Shown piece after piece: positions 34,899 through 44,000 of a stretch of DNA of 64,000 nucleotides. The stretch comes from Bacilli bacterium (GTDB lineage Bacteria > Bacillota_I > Bacilli_A > RFN20 > CAG-288): NCBI GenBank assembly GCA_900770925.1, contig CAAGLY010000002.1, positions 18,942 through 82,941 on the forward strand, read 5' to 3'. The notes beneath the pieces are model-generated. The model had not been told where the DNA came from. It was given only the letters and a program-made list of their open reading frames with translations, and ran no database searches. The stretch's first letter is position 1. Every line of letters starts with the position of its first letter. Made by a program: the position numbers and the translations under genes.

Positions 34899-37000
34899 CT
34901 ATTCAGTTTTGCAAAAGGACCATAGACTGGACCTAATTCTGTCTGTACACCCGTTGTCGATTTGTAGTAAGCAGTAATTGAAACGTAGTAATCTGGATGA
35001 ACCTGAATGTAATTTGCCTCATTGTTAGTCAATTTATAGTTCAGGTTGTCGCCCGAAGTTGTCGGGTATATCGGATTGCCGCTGTTTAGCATTTTGATTG
35101 GATTTCCTCCGGCATGATCGTATATTCCTATATAAAACTTATTGTTTCTGATAAAACCATTGTTAACTAGATGACCTTGATACATGTTTTGAGCTTTTTC
35201 TATATCTTTCCATTTAATAAGATGGGATTGTCCAGATGTGGTTAATTGTGCCTTACAGGGACATAAATGGTAGCATTCTGCTAACTCTGAAATCTCTTGA
35301 AAACCAAATTGCATTTGAAGCTCCCAAAGGTATTCGTAAAAATAATCTGGTGCTAAATCTTGCCCAATCATCGAAGTAAGTACTTTCCTTAATGAACTTT
35401 CACTGATTGAAAACACATCTTTTCCGATTTTGCTGGAATTCCATAGATGATAAAGGAATCTAATGATAGCCAATTCACATCCATCTCCGCCTTGTATATC
35501 TTCTAGATAATTGATATAGCCTGAATTTTCATCTTCCGGCATATATTCATCGAACGAGAATGTCCCATCTTTGTCTATCCCATAATTACTTGCATAATAG
35601 CGATTATCTCCTATGCTTAAGTAAGTTTCTTTTTTTAATTCATCAGGGAAAGACTCTTGAGCCATGGTTGCCCAAAACGTTGGCCAGCCTTCCGCCCATG
35701 CCAGTCGTAATCCGTCCTGCTTTGCTTTTTCTTCATTCAGACGGGGCACTGACTCGGGGGAATCGCTAATTGTATATTTGCTAAAATTCAATAGATAACT
35801 ACAATCATCGTTTGATGCGTAATGTGTGCCGCCAATTGAATTTGTAAAACGCCTGCAATGTTCAAGGTGATGACCGTATTCATGACCAAAGACATCCCAA
35901 GATTCGTAACTCTTTAAAGATGTATTATTATTTGGTGAATTACTTATATAGATAGTATTCTTGTTGTATAATGCGGTTTTTGTTTGAGAAGATGGGAATT
36001 GAACTGAGCATTGTTTTAGAGTTATAAACGAATTTGTTGGGAGAATGGTTTGTGCTGCATGTGTAGCATAATAATACAAGGATTGATAGATTTCTGTCAT
36101 CTGACCAAAATCGGAACTTGGAGTAAAACAATAATTTAAAGTCTTTTCTGTATTACCACTGACTAAAGTAATTGGAATTTCAATAGCATATTGTTGCCCT
36201 TTGCTATCAATTGAGTTTATATATTTAGAAGAAAGACTTAGAGAAATCGAGTATTTTCGGTTTTCGATTTCATTCCAAATTGAATCTAGATCATTTGTGT
36301 TATTCCCAATTGACGGAAGCCCCGATCCATTTGAAAGTGAAAATTCAAAAAGCGCAGTTCCCGTCTTATCTGTATTTTTTGTAATTGATTTTCCAGAATC
36401 CGTGGTTAGAGTAACTGTTACTCCAGTTAAAGGAAATTCTGTTCCTTTGGAATCTTTCCAGGAAAAAGTGCTTGAGAGACTCTTGCTTTTTATAGGTGAA
36501 ATAGGACCGATGATTATTGGTTTAAAGCCGGCTACTGTGTTTGTTCCGCTAAATAATATTTTCGATGGTATACCAATAGCTTTTTTTGCGGTGTCTAACG
36601 ATAACGAAGAACAAGAAACTCTTCCCAAACTATCTCTGTAAAAATAGAAAGTGCTAAGAGTACTATTATCGTTTCGAAGGATAGATAAAGTTGCTTCTGC
36701 TAGTTCTATTGTTGCATCGATGAATAAAAACTCGTTTGTGGCTTTAAAACCTGTTATGGTTAGTCCTTTTGTGGAGTAATTAAATTTATCTGAATTCTTG
36801 ACACTTAGTTTCAAAGATACCTGACTATTCGGAAAAATAGTTTCAAAATCTTCTATTCTGTCGTTGGAATAATATCTGATAGTCGAAGATGATGCGAAAT
36901 GTCCAAAACTGGCAGTGCTGCTATTCTTTTTCTGTGAGCCTGATAGTACAAGACCTAAAGAAGATAGGATGAAAGGAACCCTCAATATGTTTTTTATCAT
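34895..37000 (-). CDS. secreted putative zinc metallopeptidase (HEXXH)
   Basis: There is an N-terminal signal peptide without a lipobox Cys. Residues 1-370 are Ser/Thr-rich beta-rich repeats. The motif WDVFGHEYGHHLEH has the HEXXH arrangement, with Glu three residues after the second His. The RBS is GGAGG. Confidence 0.5.
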   Translation of the reverse strand: MIKNILRVPFILSSLGLVLSGSQKKNSSTASFGHFASSSTIRYYSNDRIEDFETIFPNSQVSLKLSVKNSDKFNYSTKGLTITGFKATNEFLFIDATIELAEATLSILRNDNSTLSTFYFYRDSLGRVSCSSLSLDTAKKAIGIPSKILFSGTNTVAGFKPIIIGPISPIKSKSLSSTFSWKDSKGTEFPLTGVTVTLTTDSGKSITKNTDKTGTALFEFSLSNGSGLPSIGNNTNDLDSIWNEIENRKYSISLSLSSKYINSIDSKGQQYAIEIPITLVSGNTEKTLNYCFTPSSDFGQMTEIYQSLYYYATHAAQTILPTNSFITLKQCSVQFPSSQTKTALYNKNTIYISNSPNNNTSLKSYESWDVFGHEYGHHLEHCRRFTNSIGGTHYASNDDCSYLLNFSKYTISDSPESVPRLNEEKAKQDGLRLAWAEGWPTFWATMAQESFPDELKKETYLSIGDNRYYASNYGIDKDGTFSFDEYMPEDENSGYINYLEDIQGGDGCELAIIRFLYHLWNSSKIGKDVFSISESSLRKVLTSMIGQDLAPDYFYEYLWELQMQFGFQEISELAECYHLCPCKAQLTTSGQSHLIKWKDIEKAQNMYQGHLVNNGFIRNNKFYIGIYDHAGGNPIKMLNSGNPIYPTTSGDNLNYKLTNNEANYIQVHPDYYVSITAYYKSTTGVQTELGPVYGPFAKLNR

Positions 37001-37598
37001 ATAAACCTCCGCTGTTTTGTTTCATTATAAAGCTATCCAATTTTACTAATTTGTTCCACCTCGTGATTCCTAGGACATTCGTATAGTAAAAACATCCTTA
37101 ATTATCGAGAAAATCAGAAAAAATTAGTAATTATTCATTGAAAAGAAAGCGTTTTCCTATAAACTTGCTGAGCTTTGCACATCACCTTGAACCATGTTTC
37201 TTTCCAATCTTCTTGATAACAGCTGCTTTCTTAAGGGATAACTGTGCGCGTAATTGCTACCCATTGCCATGTGCAGAAGAAGAACAGTGTTACGCAAAAG
37301 GATGTTGGTAGCCTTTTTTCACAATTTCGGCCACCCTTTCGCCGAATATTAATAGAGCGACTTGACGTATCGTTAGCAACTCCCCGTCCCTTTTTTGCTG
37401 CTGAACTCTGGCTTGGCTTTCGCGCTGAAGTCGCAATCCTTTAAGAAATCCTCGTAACATTCCTTGCTATGTCTCCTGAGACTGAAAATTATCCTTATTC
37501 GTTGTATCGGGAGGACTGCTATGTTTGCAGAAGGTCTAAATTATGAACTAGCTTTTTTCCTTTTTCCTTTCCCTTTTCTCAACTATAATGGAACGGAT

Positions 37599-38210
37599 AT
37601 GAACAAGAAAATAATTGTATTTGCAACGTCGAATCCGAATAAAGTCGTAGAAGTAAAGGAGAGGCTCTCTCCATTAGGATATTCTGTTATCTGTCTTAAG
37701 GATCTTGGATTAGAGGTCACGCATCCGGAGGATGCCGAGACCTTTGCCGGAAACGCAAAGATCAAAGCAGAGGATATCGCTTCGAAGTGCGGTTATCCGA
37801 TTATCAGTGATGACAGCGGACTTTCTATTGATGCTCTTGATGGTTTCCCGGGTGTTCATTCTGCCCGTTTCAGGGAAGGCCATCCTTATTCGGAAAAGAA
37901 TCAGGCCATCCTCAAGAGGAGGGAAGGCAAGGAAAACCGGAAAGCGGCATTTCATACCGCTAGGGTTTATCTGGATAAGAAGAAAGGAATCGAAGAGGTC
38001 TTTGAAGGGATTGCTCCCGGTGAGATAGTCAAGGCATTCGATGATAAGGCAAGGCATGGCTTTGGCTATGATCCGATCTTCTATTCCTATGATTTAAAGA
38101 AGACGTTCGGTCAGGCAACTAGGCAGGAGAAAGACTCTGTCTCGCATAGAGGACGTGCATTAAAGAAGACATTTGAATTTATTCAGAAGCTTAGCGAAGA
38201 AGGTAAATAG
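37599..38210 (+). CDS. rdgB: non-canonical purine NTP pyrophosphatase (RdgB/Ham1 family)
   Basis: The motifs ATSNPNKVVE, SDDSGL, GFGYDPIF and SHRG are present. An alternative in-frame ATG at 37521 follows a strong GGGAGGA and would add a 26-aa hydrophobic extension. Confidence 0.8.
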   Translation: MNKKIIVFATSNPNKVVEVKERLSPLGYSVICLKDLGLEVTHPEDAETFAGNAKIKAEDIASKCGYPIISDDSGLSIDALDGFPGVHSARFREGHPYSEKNQAILKRREGKENRKAAFHTARVYLDKKKGIEEVFEGIAPGEIVKAFDDKARHGFGYDPIFYSYDLKKTFGQATRQEKDSVSHRGRALKKTFEFIQKLSEEGK

Positions 38211-38213
38211 AAT

Positions 38214-38780
38214 ATGAAGATTATCTTAGGAATTGGAAATATCGGACCGGAGTATGAGGACACCCGGCATAATTCCGGATTCCAGGCAATTGATATTATC
38301 AGCGAGGATTTCCATATCGACAGGGGAAAGAAAAAATTCGATGCCTTTGTCGGAAAAGGAAATATCTATGGTGAGGATGTACTGTTAAGGAAACCGACAA
38401 CCTATGTCAATCTGAGCGGAAATGCGTTGATTCAGGCAAAGAATTTCTTTAAAGTGGATACCTCGGATATTCTGATTCTTGTCGATGACAGGGATACGGA
38501 GCCTGGATCAATCCGGCTGAGAAGGAAAGGTGCTGCCGGAGGCCATAACGGACTGAAGTCGATTATTTCGGTTCTTGGAAACGACACCTTCAACCGGATC
38601 CGGATTGGAATCGGAAGACCGGAAATCAAGCATAGCGATGTTGCTGACTTTGTTCTCTCCCATCCTAAGGATAAGGAAGTCTATGAGAAGTGGAAGGATG
38701 GTATTAATAAAGCAGCTGCAGCTGCGGAATGCTGCAGGAAGTTCTCTTTTGATAAGGCAAGGAATAGGTTTAACAAATAA
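38214..38780 (+). CDS. pth: peptidyl-tRNA hydrolase
   Basis: The N-terminus reads GIGNIGPEYEDTRHNSGF with the catalytic His. The protein is 188 aa and lies immediately upstream of mfd, a conserved pth-mfd synteny. Confidence 0.9.
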   Translation: MKIILGIGNIGPEYEDTRHNSGFQAIDIISEDFHIDRGKKKFDAFVGKGNIYGEDVLLRKPTTYVNLSGNALIQAKNFFKVDTSDILILVDDRDTEPGSIRLRRKGAAGGHNGLKSIISVLGNDTFNRIRIGIGRPEIKHSDVADFVLSHPKDKEVYEKWKDGINKAAAAAECCRKFSFDKARNRFNK

Positions 38781-41700
38781 ATGGGAATCCTTGACCATCT
38801 GTCCCTGTTCTCCTATCTCAATGGCAATCCGGAATTAGAAAAACTGAATCAGGATAAAGACCTATCGGTCTCTTCCCCGGAAGCGCTAGCTAGGCTAGCT
38901 GCCCTTTCGTTCCACGAAAAGGAACGGAAGAGGTTTTTCCTATTCCCGACTCTTGGCTATGCAGAAGCGTTCTATCAGTTCCTGAGCGACTATGTCAAAG
39001 AGGATGAGAGCTATCTCTTCCCCTTTGATGAAATCTTTAAGACAAGTGCTATCGGTGTTTCTCCGGAAAGGGATGAGGAACGTCTTCTTTCGCTTTCTTC
39101 CATTGTTTCTCCAAAGCCTTCTATCCTAGTCGGACACAGGTCTTCCTACCAGATCCGGATCAGGAATCAAAAACAATATAGGGATTCAAGGATAGATCTT
39201 AAGCAGGGAGATAGGTTACTCCTTTCTGATCTGGTCAGCAAGCTATTTAAACTCGGCTATCAGAGGAGGGACCGGGTAACCTGCCCGAATCAGATGGCAA
39301 GGCGTGGAGGCATCCTTGATGTCTTTGATGTCAGCTATTCCGATCCGATCCGAAGGGAGTTCTTCGGAGATGAACTTGATGACTTGCGTTTCTTCAAAGT
39401 CAATGATGAACGCTCTTTCCAGCATGTCAAGCAGATAACTCTCCATACGGCTTCTAGGCGTCTTCTTTCGGAAGAGGAAATATCCTCTGGTATTCAGCAG
39501 TTAGATTATCTTCTGAATAGTCAGGAAGCTAGGATTGACCGGATATCCTTCGATGAACTGAAACAGACAATCGAAGAAGTAAAAGAGGAAGCTAAACGTG
39601 GCTATCTTTCTGAACTCCATGCCCGTTTCTATCCTTTCTTTTCGAAGGAAGAACACTCTCTATCGGATTATCTTTCTGATTATGAGTGTTTTATCTTTGA
39701 TTATAAACAATGTAAAGAAGAACTAGAAGGATTAAAGAAACGGGAAAAGGCATTCTTTGATAAATCAATAAAAGATGGCTGCTCGTTAAAAGGAGAACAG
39801 AGGTTTGCTTCCGCCTGTTATCTTGATCATTTCCATAAAGTAGATAATAAGGAAGAAAACTCCTTCCTTCTCCGGGATAGCGCCTTTAAGGCCGTTTCCT
39901 ATGCTCAGTCCGATGATAGGATCAAAGCCTATCTTCAGGAAGGATACAAGATCCGTATCCTTCTTCCGGAACCGAACTATAGCAATTATCAGAATTATCT
40001 CCATGAAGCGAATATTCCTTTTACGATCTACCCTCTGCATAGTGAGGTCAGGTTCTTAGAAGGAAGACTTACCCATGGATTTGAAATCCCGAAAGAAAAA
40101 CACGTTTATCTTTCGGCAAAGGAAATCTATGGTATTTCTAGCCAGCGTTCCCGTTTCCTCTCCCGCTATAAGGAAGCAAAGGTCATCCGCCGGTATGAGG
40201 ACCTTGAGGTCGGAGACTATGTTGTCCATGAAGTCAATGGCGTAGGCAGATATCTTGGCGTAAGTGAACTGAACGGACTTGAATATTTAAAGATTCAGTA
40301 TGCCGAGGATGCTCTCTTCTATCTTCCTCTTGCTCAATATAAAAGGATCCGGAAATACTCTTCCCGAGAAGGGTTCACTCCTTCTCTAGACCGCCTTGGC
40401 GGTTCAACCTGGTCTCGCAAGAAGAGCCGTATCCGGAGCAAGATTTCCTATCTTGCTGACCAGCTTCTTTCCCTTTATTCAGAACGTGCTATCCGTCCTG
40501 GGTTTGCTTTTCCAAGTGATCCAGAGAGGGAAGAGGCGTTCAGGAAGAGTTTCCCTTATCCTTATACAGAGAGCCAGAGGAAGGCGAGGGAAGATATCCG
40601 CTTGGATAGGGAGAGTCCTCATCCTAGGGACCGGCTTGTTGCTGGTGATGTCGGATTCGGAAAAACAGAGATTGCCTTCTTCGCTGCCTTTAAATGCATC
40701 TCTAGCCATAAGCAGGCGGTCTTGCTCTGCCCAACCACGATACTCTCTAGGCAGCATTTTAAGGTGGCAAGGCAGAGATTCCATGACTTCGGTGTCCATC
40801 TTGCCTTACTTAACCGCTTTACTTCTTCCCAGGAAGAGAAACACATCAAAGAAGGACTGAAGAACGGAAAGATAGATTTTGTCATTGGAACCCATGCCCT
40901 GCTTTCGGATTCGGTTGTCTTTCATGACCTCGGCCTTCTGATTATCGATGAGGAACAGAAGTTCGGTGTTGCGCACAAGGAAAAAATCAAAGAAAAAGCG
41001 AAAAATGTCGACTGTCTGACTCTGACGGCGACTCCTATTCCACGGACAAGGCAGATGTCTCTTCTCGGTGTACGTACGCTTTCTTATCTGACCGAAGCCC
41101 CCGTTAACCGTAGGCCGGTTAAGACCTATGTTGCTAAGCAGGACAAGGAACTGATTAAGGAAGTCATCCAGAAGGAGCTTGACCGTCAGGGACAGGTTTT
41201 CTATCTTCACAATAAGATTTCCGATATCTTTGAAGTTGCCGGAAAGCTCGAGAAGAGCTTTCCGAATATGAACATCGGAGTTGTCCATGCCAGAAGGGAG
41301 CCGGAAGAGGTTGAGGAGAAGAGGACAGCATTCTACAACAAGGAAATCGATATTCTTGTCTGCACCTCGATTATCGAATCCGGATTAGATATTCCGAATG
41401 TCAACACGATTATTGTTGAGAATGCGGATCATTTCGGATTATCATCGCTATATCAGATTAAAGGACGTGTCGGAAGAAGTGATCGTCTTGCTTATGCCTA
41501 TTTCTTCTTCAAGGATTCGAAGAACATTACTCCCGATGCCCGTAAGCGTCTTAAAGCCTTGAAAGATTTCACGGAGCTAGGTTCAGGCTATAAGATTGCC
41601 AGGCAGGATCTTAATATCCGGGGCGCCGGCGATATCTTAGGAAGCGAGCAGGCCGGTTTTGTCGATTCTCTTGGTTATGACGCCTATAGGGATCTTCTCA

Positions 41701-42203
41701 AAGAAGTTGTCAGCGAGAAGAAACTGAGGAAGGAAGGAGTCGTGAAAGAGAACAAGACTGACTTTGAGCTCTCCTTCTCTCTTGATGCCCATATTCCCTC
41801 GGAATACGGAAATGAGAGCCAGCGTATTTCCATGTATCAGGAACTCTCCGACTGCAAAAATGATGAAGACCTCAAAAACTTTTCTAACAAGCTCGAGGAT
41901 GTCTATGGCCCCTATCCTGAGGAAGTCGCTAATCTTCTGATTAAACGAAAAATTGAAATTAATCTTAATTCCGGCATCTTCCAGTCCTTTGAGGAAGGCC
42001 TTGGCAAATACTGCAGGGAAAGGACAAAAGCTTTCTCTTTAAAGCCGAAAGCCTATAAGAAAAGGGACGGAGAACTCCGTCCTCTTAGGGTCAAGCTTCA
42101 TAGGAAGGTCACCTCTGATCAGCGCTTTGCCTTTGCTCTGACTAAGACAAGAGACTATCTTCAGGACAGGTTATTCCTGACGGAGAAACTCTGTCAGATA
42201 TAG
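38781..42203 (+). CDS. mfd: transcription-repair coupling factor
   Basis: The 1140-aa protein has a UvrB-homology N-terminus, an RNAP-interaction domain, superfamily 2 helicase motifs (GDVGFGKTE, DEEQKFG) and a TRG motif. Confidence 0.95.
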   Translation: MGILDHLSLFSYLNGNPELEKLNQDKDLSVSSPEALARLAALSFHEKERKRFFLFPTLGYAEAFYQFLSDYVKEDESYLFPFDEIFKTSAIGVSPERDEERLLSLSSIVSPKPSILVGHRSSYQIRIRNQKQYRDSRIDLKQGDRLLLSDLVSKLFKLGYQRRDRVTCPNQMARRGGILDVFDVSYSDPIRREFFGDELDDLRFFKVNDERSFQHVKQITLHTASRRLLSEEEISSGIQQLDYLLNSQEARIDRISFDELKQTIEEVKEEAKRGYLSELHARFYPFFSKEEHSLSDYLSDYECFIFDYKQCKEELEGLKKREKAFFDKSIKDGCSLKGEQRFASACYLDHFHKVDNKEENSFLLRDSAFKAVSYAQSDDRIKAYLQEGYKIRILLPEPNYSNYQNYLHEANIPFTIYPLHSEVRFLEGRLTHGFEIPKEKHVYLSAKEIYGISSQRSRFLSRYKEAKVIRRYEDLEVGDYVVHEVNGVGRYLGVSELNGLEYLKIQYAEDALFYLPLAQYKRIRKYSSREGFTPSLDRLGGSTWSRKKSRIRSKISYLADQLLSLYSERAIRPGFAFPSDPEREEAFRKSFPYPYTESQRKAREDIRLDRESPHPRDRLVAGDVGFGKTEIAFFAAFKCISSHKQAVLLCPTTILSRQHFKVARQRFHDFGVHLALLNRFTSSQEEKHIKEGLKNGKIDFVIGTHALLSDSVVFHDLGLLIIDEEQKFGVAHKEKIKEKAKNVDCLTLTATPIPRTRQMSLLGVRTLSYLTEAPVNRRPVKTYVAKQDKELIKEVIQKELDRQGQVFYLHNKISDIFEVAGKLEKSFPNMNIGVVHARREPEEVEEKRTAFYNKEIDILVCTSIIESGLDIPNVNTIIVENADHFGLSSLYQIKGRVGRSDRLAYAYFFFKDSKNITPDARKRLKALKDFTELGSGYKIARQDLNIRGAGDILGSEQAGFVDSLGYDAYRDLLKEVVSEKKLRKEGVVKENKTDFELSFSLDAHIPSEYGNESQRISMYQELSDCKNDEDLKNFSNKLEDVYGPYPEEVANLLIKRKIEINLNSGIFQSFEEGLGKYCRERTKAFSLKPKAYKKRDGELRPLRVKLHRKVTSDQRFAFALTKTRDYLQDRLFLTEKLCQI

Positions 42204-42801
42204 GATTTTGCTTTAGATTTGGTTCTTCTGCCTTCTGGTCAGAAAGGAAGGCGCGGATATTTTCGATTTTCCTTATTTCCTGGAAACGGATCGGAAGCAG
42301 GTAATAGAAGGAAAAGACGTTTTCGGCTGCTTCGCTGTCTTGGACGACATCGATATAGCAGATGGATAGCTCAGGTCTTGAACGGTAGTAATAGAAGTTA
42401 TCAGTAAGCAGAACCAAATCTCCTTTTGGATTCTGAGACTGGATGTTGTTCCGTTTGAATGCCCGGTATCCGTTTGGTATCTGGACAAAGAAATAGAGCG
42501 CCCTATATCCGTGGGGAAGTTCCCTGTTGTCTTTCTGATTGTCTTTCCATATCCTATGGCTTTCAAAGGAGAGTTTATCCTGTTCGCTAGTGATTGCGGT
42601 AACTGAAAAATAATAGGAATCGAAAGCTGCATTCTTGATGTCCCTTTCAAGTTCTTTTCCTTCGATTGAATCAAAAGCGGGAGCGGCTTTTGATACTATC
42701 CTGTTTCCGTAGTAGCACTGGTAACAGGCTGTTTTTTCTTCCTTTGTGCAGGAGGTCATCCTCCTTGTCAAGGATAGGCAGAGAAAGAGGTTCTTTTTCA
42801 T
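42142..42801 (-). CDS. lipoprotein, function unknown
   Basis: The internal start is MKKNLFLCLSLTRRMTSC (lipobox). The 5' extension shown in the track overlaps the plus-strand NUDIX gene. The start coordinate is uncertain by 1-2 nt. Confidence 0.5.
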   Translation of the reverse strand: MKKNLFLCLSLTRRMTSCTKEEKTACYQCYYGNRIVSKAAPAFDSIEGKELERDIKNAAFDSYYFSVTAITSEQDKLSFESHRIWKDNQKDNRELPHGYRALYFFVQIPNGYRAFKRNNIQSQNPKGDLVLLTDNFYYYRSRPELSICYIDVVQDSEAAENVFSFYYLLPIRFQEIRKIENIRAFLSDQKAEEPNLKQNPISDRVSPSGITCPEDSLLS

Positions 42802-42853
42802 TTCTGAATCCATTATAATCTTTTCGGAAAATAGAAGAAAAGAGGAACCGGTT

Positions 42854-43267
42854 ATGAGAGAAGTCATCACTCGCTGTATACTCTGCAATATCTGTAGGAT
42901 TGAGGATGGGAAAGGAAATGTCCTTGTCCAGGAACGGATTAAGAAAGACTGGCCGGGACTGAATTTTCCAGGCGGCCATGTCGAAGGGAAAGAGGATATC
43001 GATAATTCTGTCCGTCGGGAAATCAAGGAAGAGACAGGCCTTTCTCTTGGTAAGGTGACCTTCTGCGGCATCAGGGAATGGCCTTGGCGGGATGATATCC
43101 GGTATTTCACCTTTGTCTATAAGTCGAAGGACTTTTCCGGAGAACTCAAGAGCTCCGAAGAAGGTAAAGTATATTGGATTAAGAAAGAAAATCTGTTCAA
43201 TCATGTCTGCTCTCAGGATTTAGATAAGATCTTCGCTATCTGTGAAAACCGTCCTTATCTGGACTAA
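42854..43267 (+). CDS. NUDIX hydrolase (MutT-like)
   Basis: The RBS is AGAGGAA, followed by ATG at 42854. The Nudix box reads GGHVEGKEDIDNSVRREIKEETGL. Confidence 0.7.
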   Translation: MREVITRCILCNICRIEDGKGNVLVQERIKKDWPGLNFPGGHVEGKEDIDNSVRREIKEETGLSLGKVTFCGIREWPWRDDIRYFTFVYKSKDFSGELKSSEEGKVYWIKKENLFNHVCSQDLDKIFAICENRPYLD

Positions 43268-43280
43268 AAGGAGGAAAATT

Positions 43281-44000
43281 ATGCGAATCAGGATTATCCG
43301 TCATGCCGAGCCGAATTATGAGATTGACGGCTTAACGGAAAAAGGGCAGCGGGAAGCCTTGCTGCTTAAAGATAGATTATTAAAAGAAAAAATTGATGAT
43401 ATCTATGTTTCTCCTTTAGGACGTGCACAGTGTACGGCTGCTCCTTATCTGAAAGCATCCGGGAAAAAGGCAATTACGGTGGACTGGCTCCATGAATTCA
43501 ATAATGTCACGATCAATCGGGAATATAAGCCGGGTATCTGCTGGGATCTCCTTCCGAGTGAATGGGAAGACAAAAAAGAGCTTTATGATGAAGACAAATG
43601 GTATAAGAACCTGACGGAAATCAAAGGAAGCCTGAAGGAAGAGGCAGATAAAGTCGCAAAAGGCTTAGACTCTGTCCTTGCCTTGCATGGATATGGCCGG
43701 GAAGGAAAGCATTATCGTGTTGAACAGGGAAACCATGATACGATTGCTCTGTTCTGTCATTTCGGAGTAGAGTGCATCCTTCTTGCTCATCTTTTCTCCG
43801 TCTCTCCTGAGCCTTTGCTTAGGCATACGGTTGCCCTCCCTTCTTCGGTTACTATTCTCTATAGTGAGGAACGCCGGAAAGGAATCGCCTCTTTCCGTAG
43901 GACGGAATTCGGTTCCTTGGAACACCTTTATCAAAAAGAACCGGCCTCTTTTGCAGCCCGGTTCTGTGAAACATTTGAAGACGATACACGCCACGATTAG
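43281..44000 (+). CDS. histidine phosphatase superfamily protein (phosphoglycerate-mutase-like)
   Basis: The RBS is AGGAGGA, followed by ATG at 43281. The catalytic motif reads IRHAEP (the RHG motif). Confidence 0.65.
   Translation: MRIRIIRHAEPNYEIDGLTEKGQREALLLKDRLLKEKIDDIYVSPLGRAQCTAAPYLKASGKKAITVDWLHEFNNVTINREYKPGICWDLLPSEWEDKKELYDEDKWYKNLTEIKGSLKEEADKVAKGLDSVLALHGYGREGKHYRVEQGNHDTIALFCHFGVECILLAHLFSVSPEPLLRHTVALPSSVTILYSEERRKGIASFRRTEFGSLEHLYQKEPASFAARFCETFEDDTRHD

Noticed and set aside
37244-37444. 66-aa plus-strand ORF in the long intergenic block
   Set aside because: The sequence is low-complexity and improbable (Pro/Arg/Phe-rich). It has no RBS. The minus-strand 56-codon reading is more protein-like and is flagged separately.
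37200-37520. Possible tmRNA, RNase P RNA or SRP RNA
   Set aside because: The diagnostic motifs are absent on both strands. These are the tmRNA 3' GGACGGGGGTTCGATTCC and a tag ORF, the RNase P GGAAAGTCCGGGCTCC, and the SRP domain IV AGGTCAGG...GGAAGCAGCC. There is only a loose GGCGAAAGGGTG resemblance.
42671-43204. 177-aa minus-strand ORF, and the 5' extension of the 42142..43110 ORF
   Set aside because: These overlap the plus-strand NUDIX gene, which has an RBS and a Nudix box. The real minus-strand gene is the lipoprotein that starts at MKKNLF, at about 42801.
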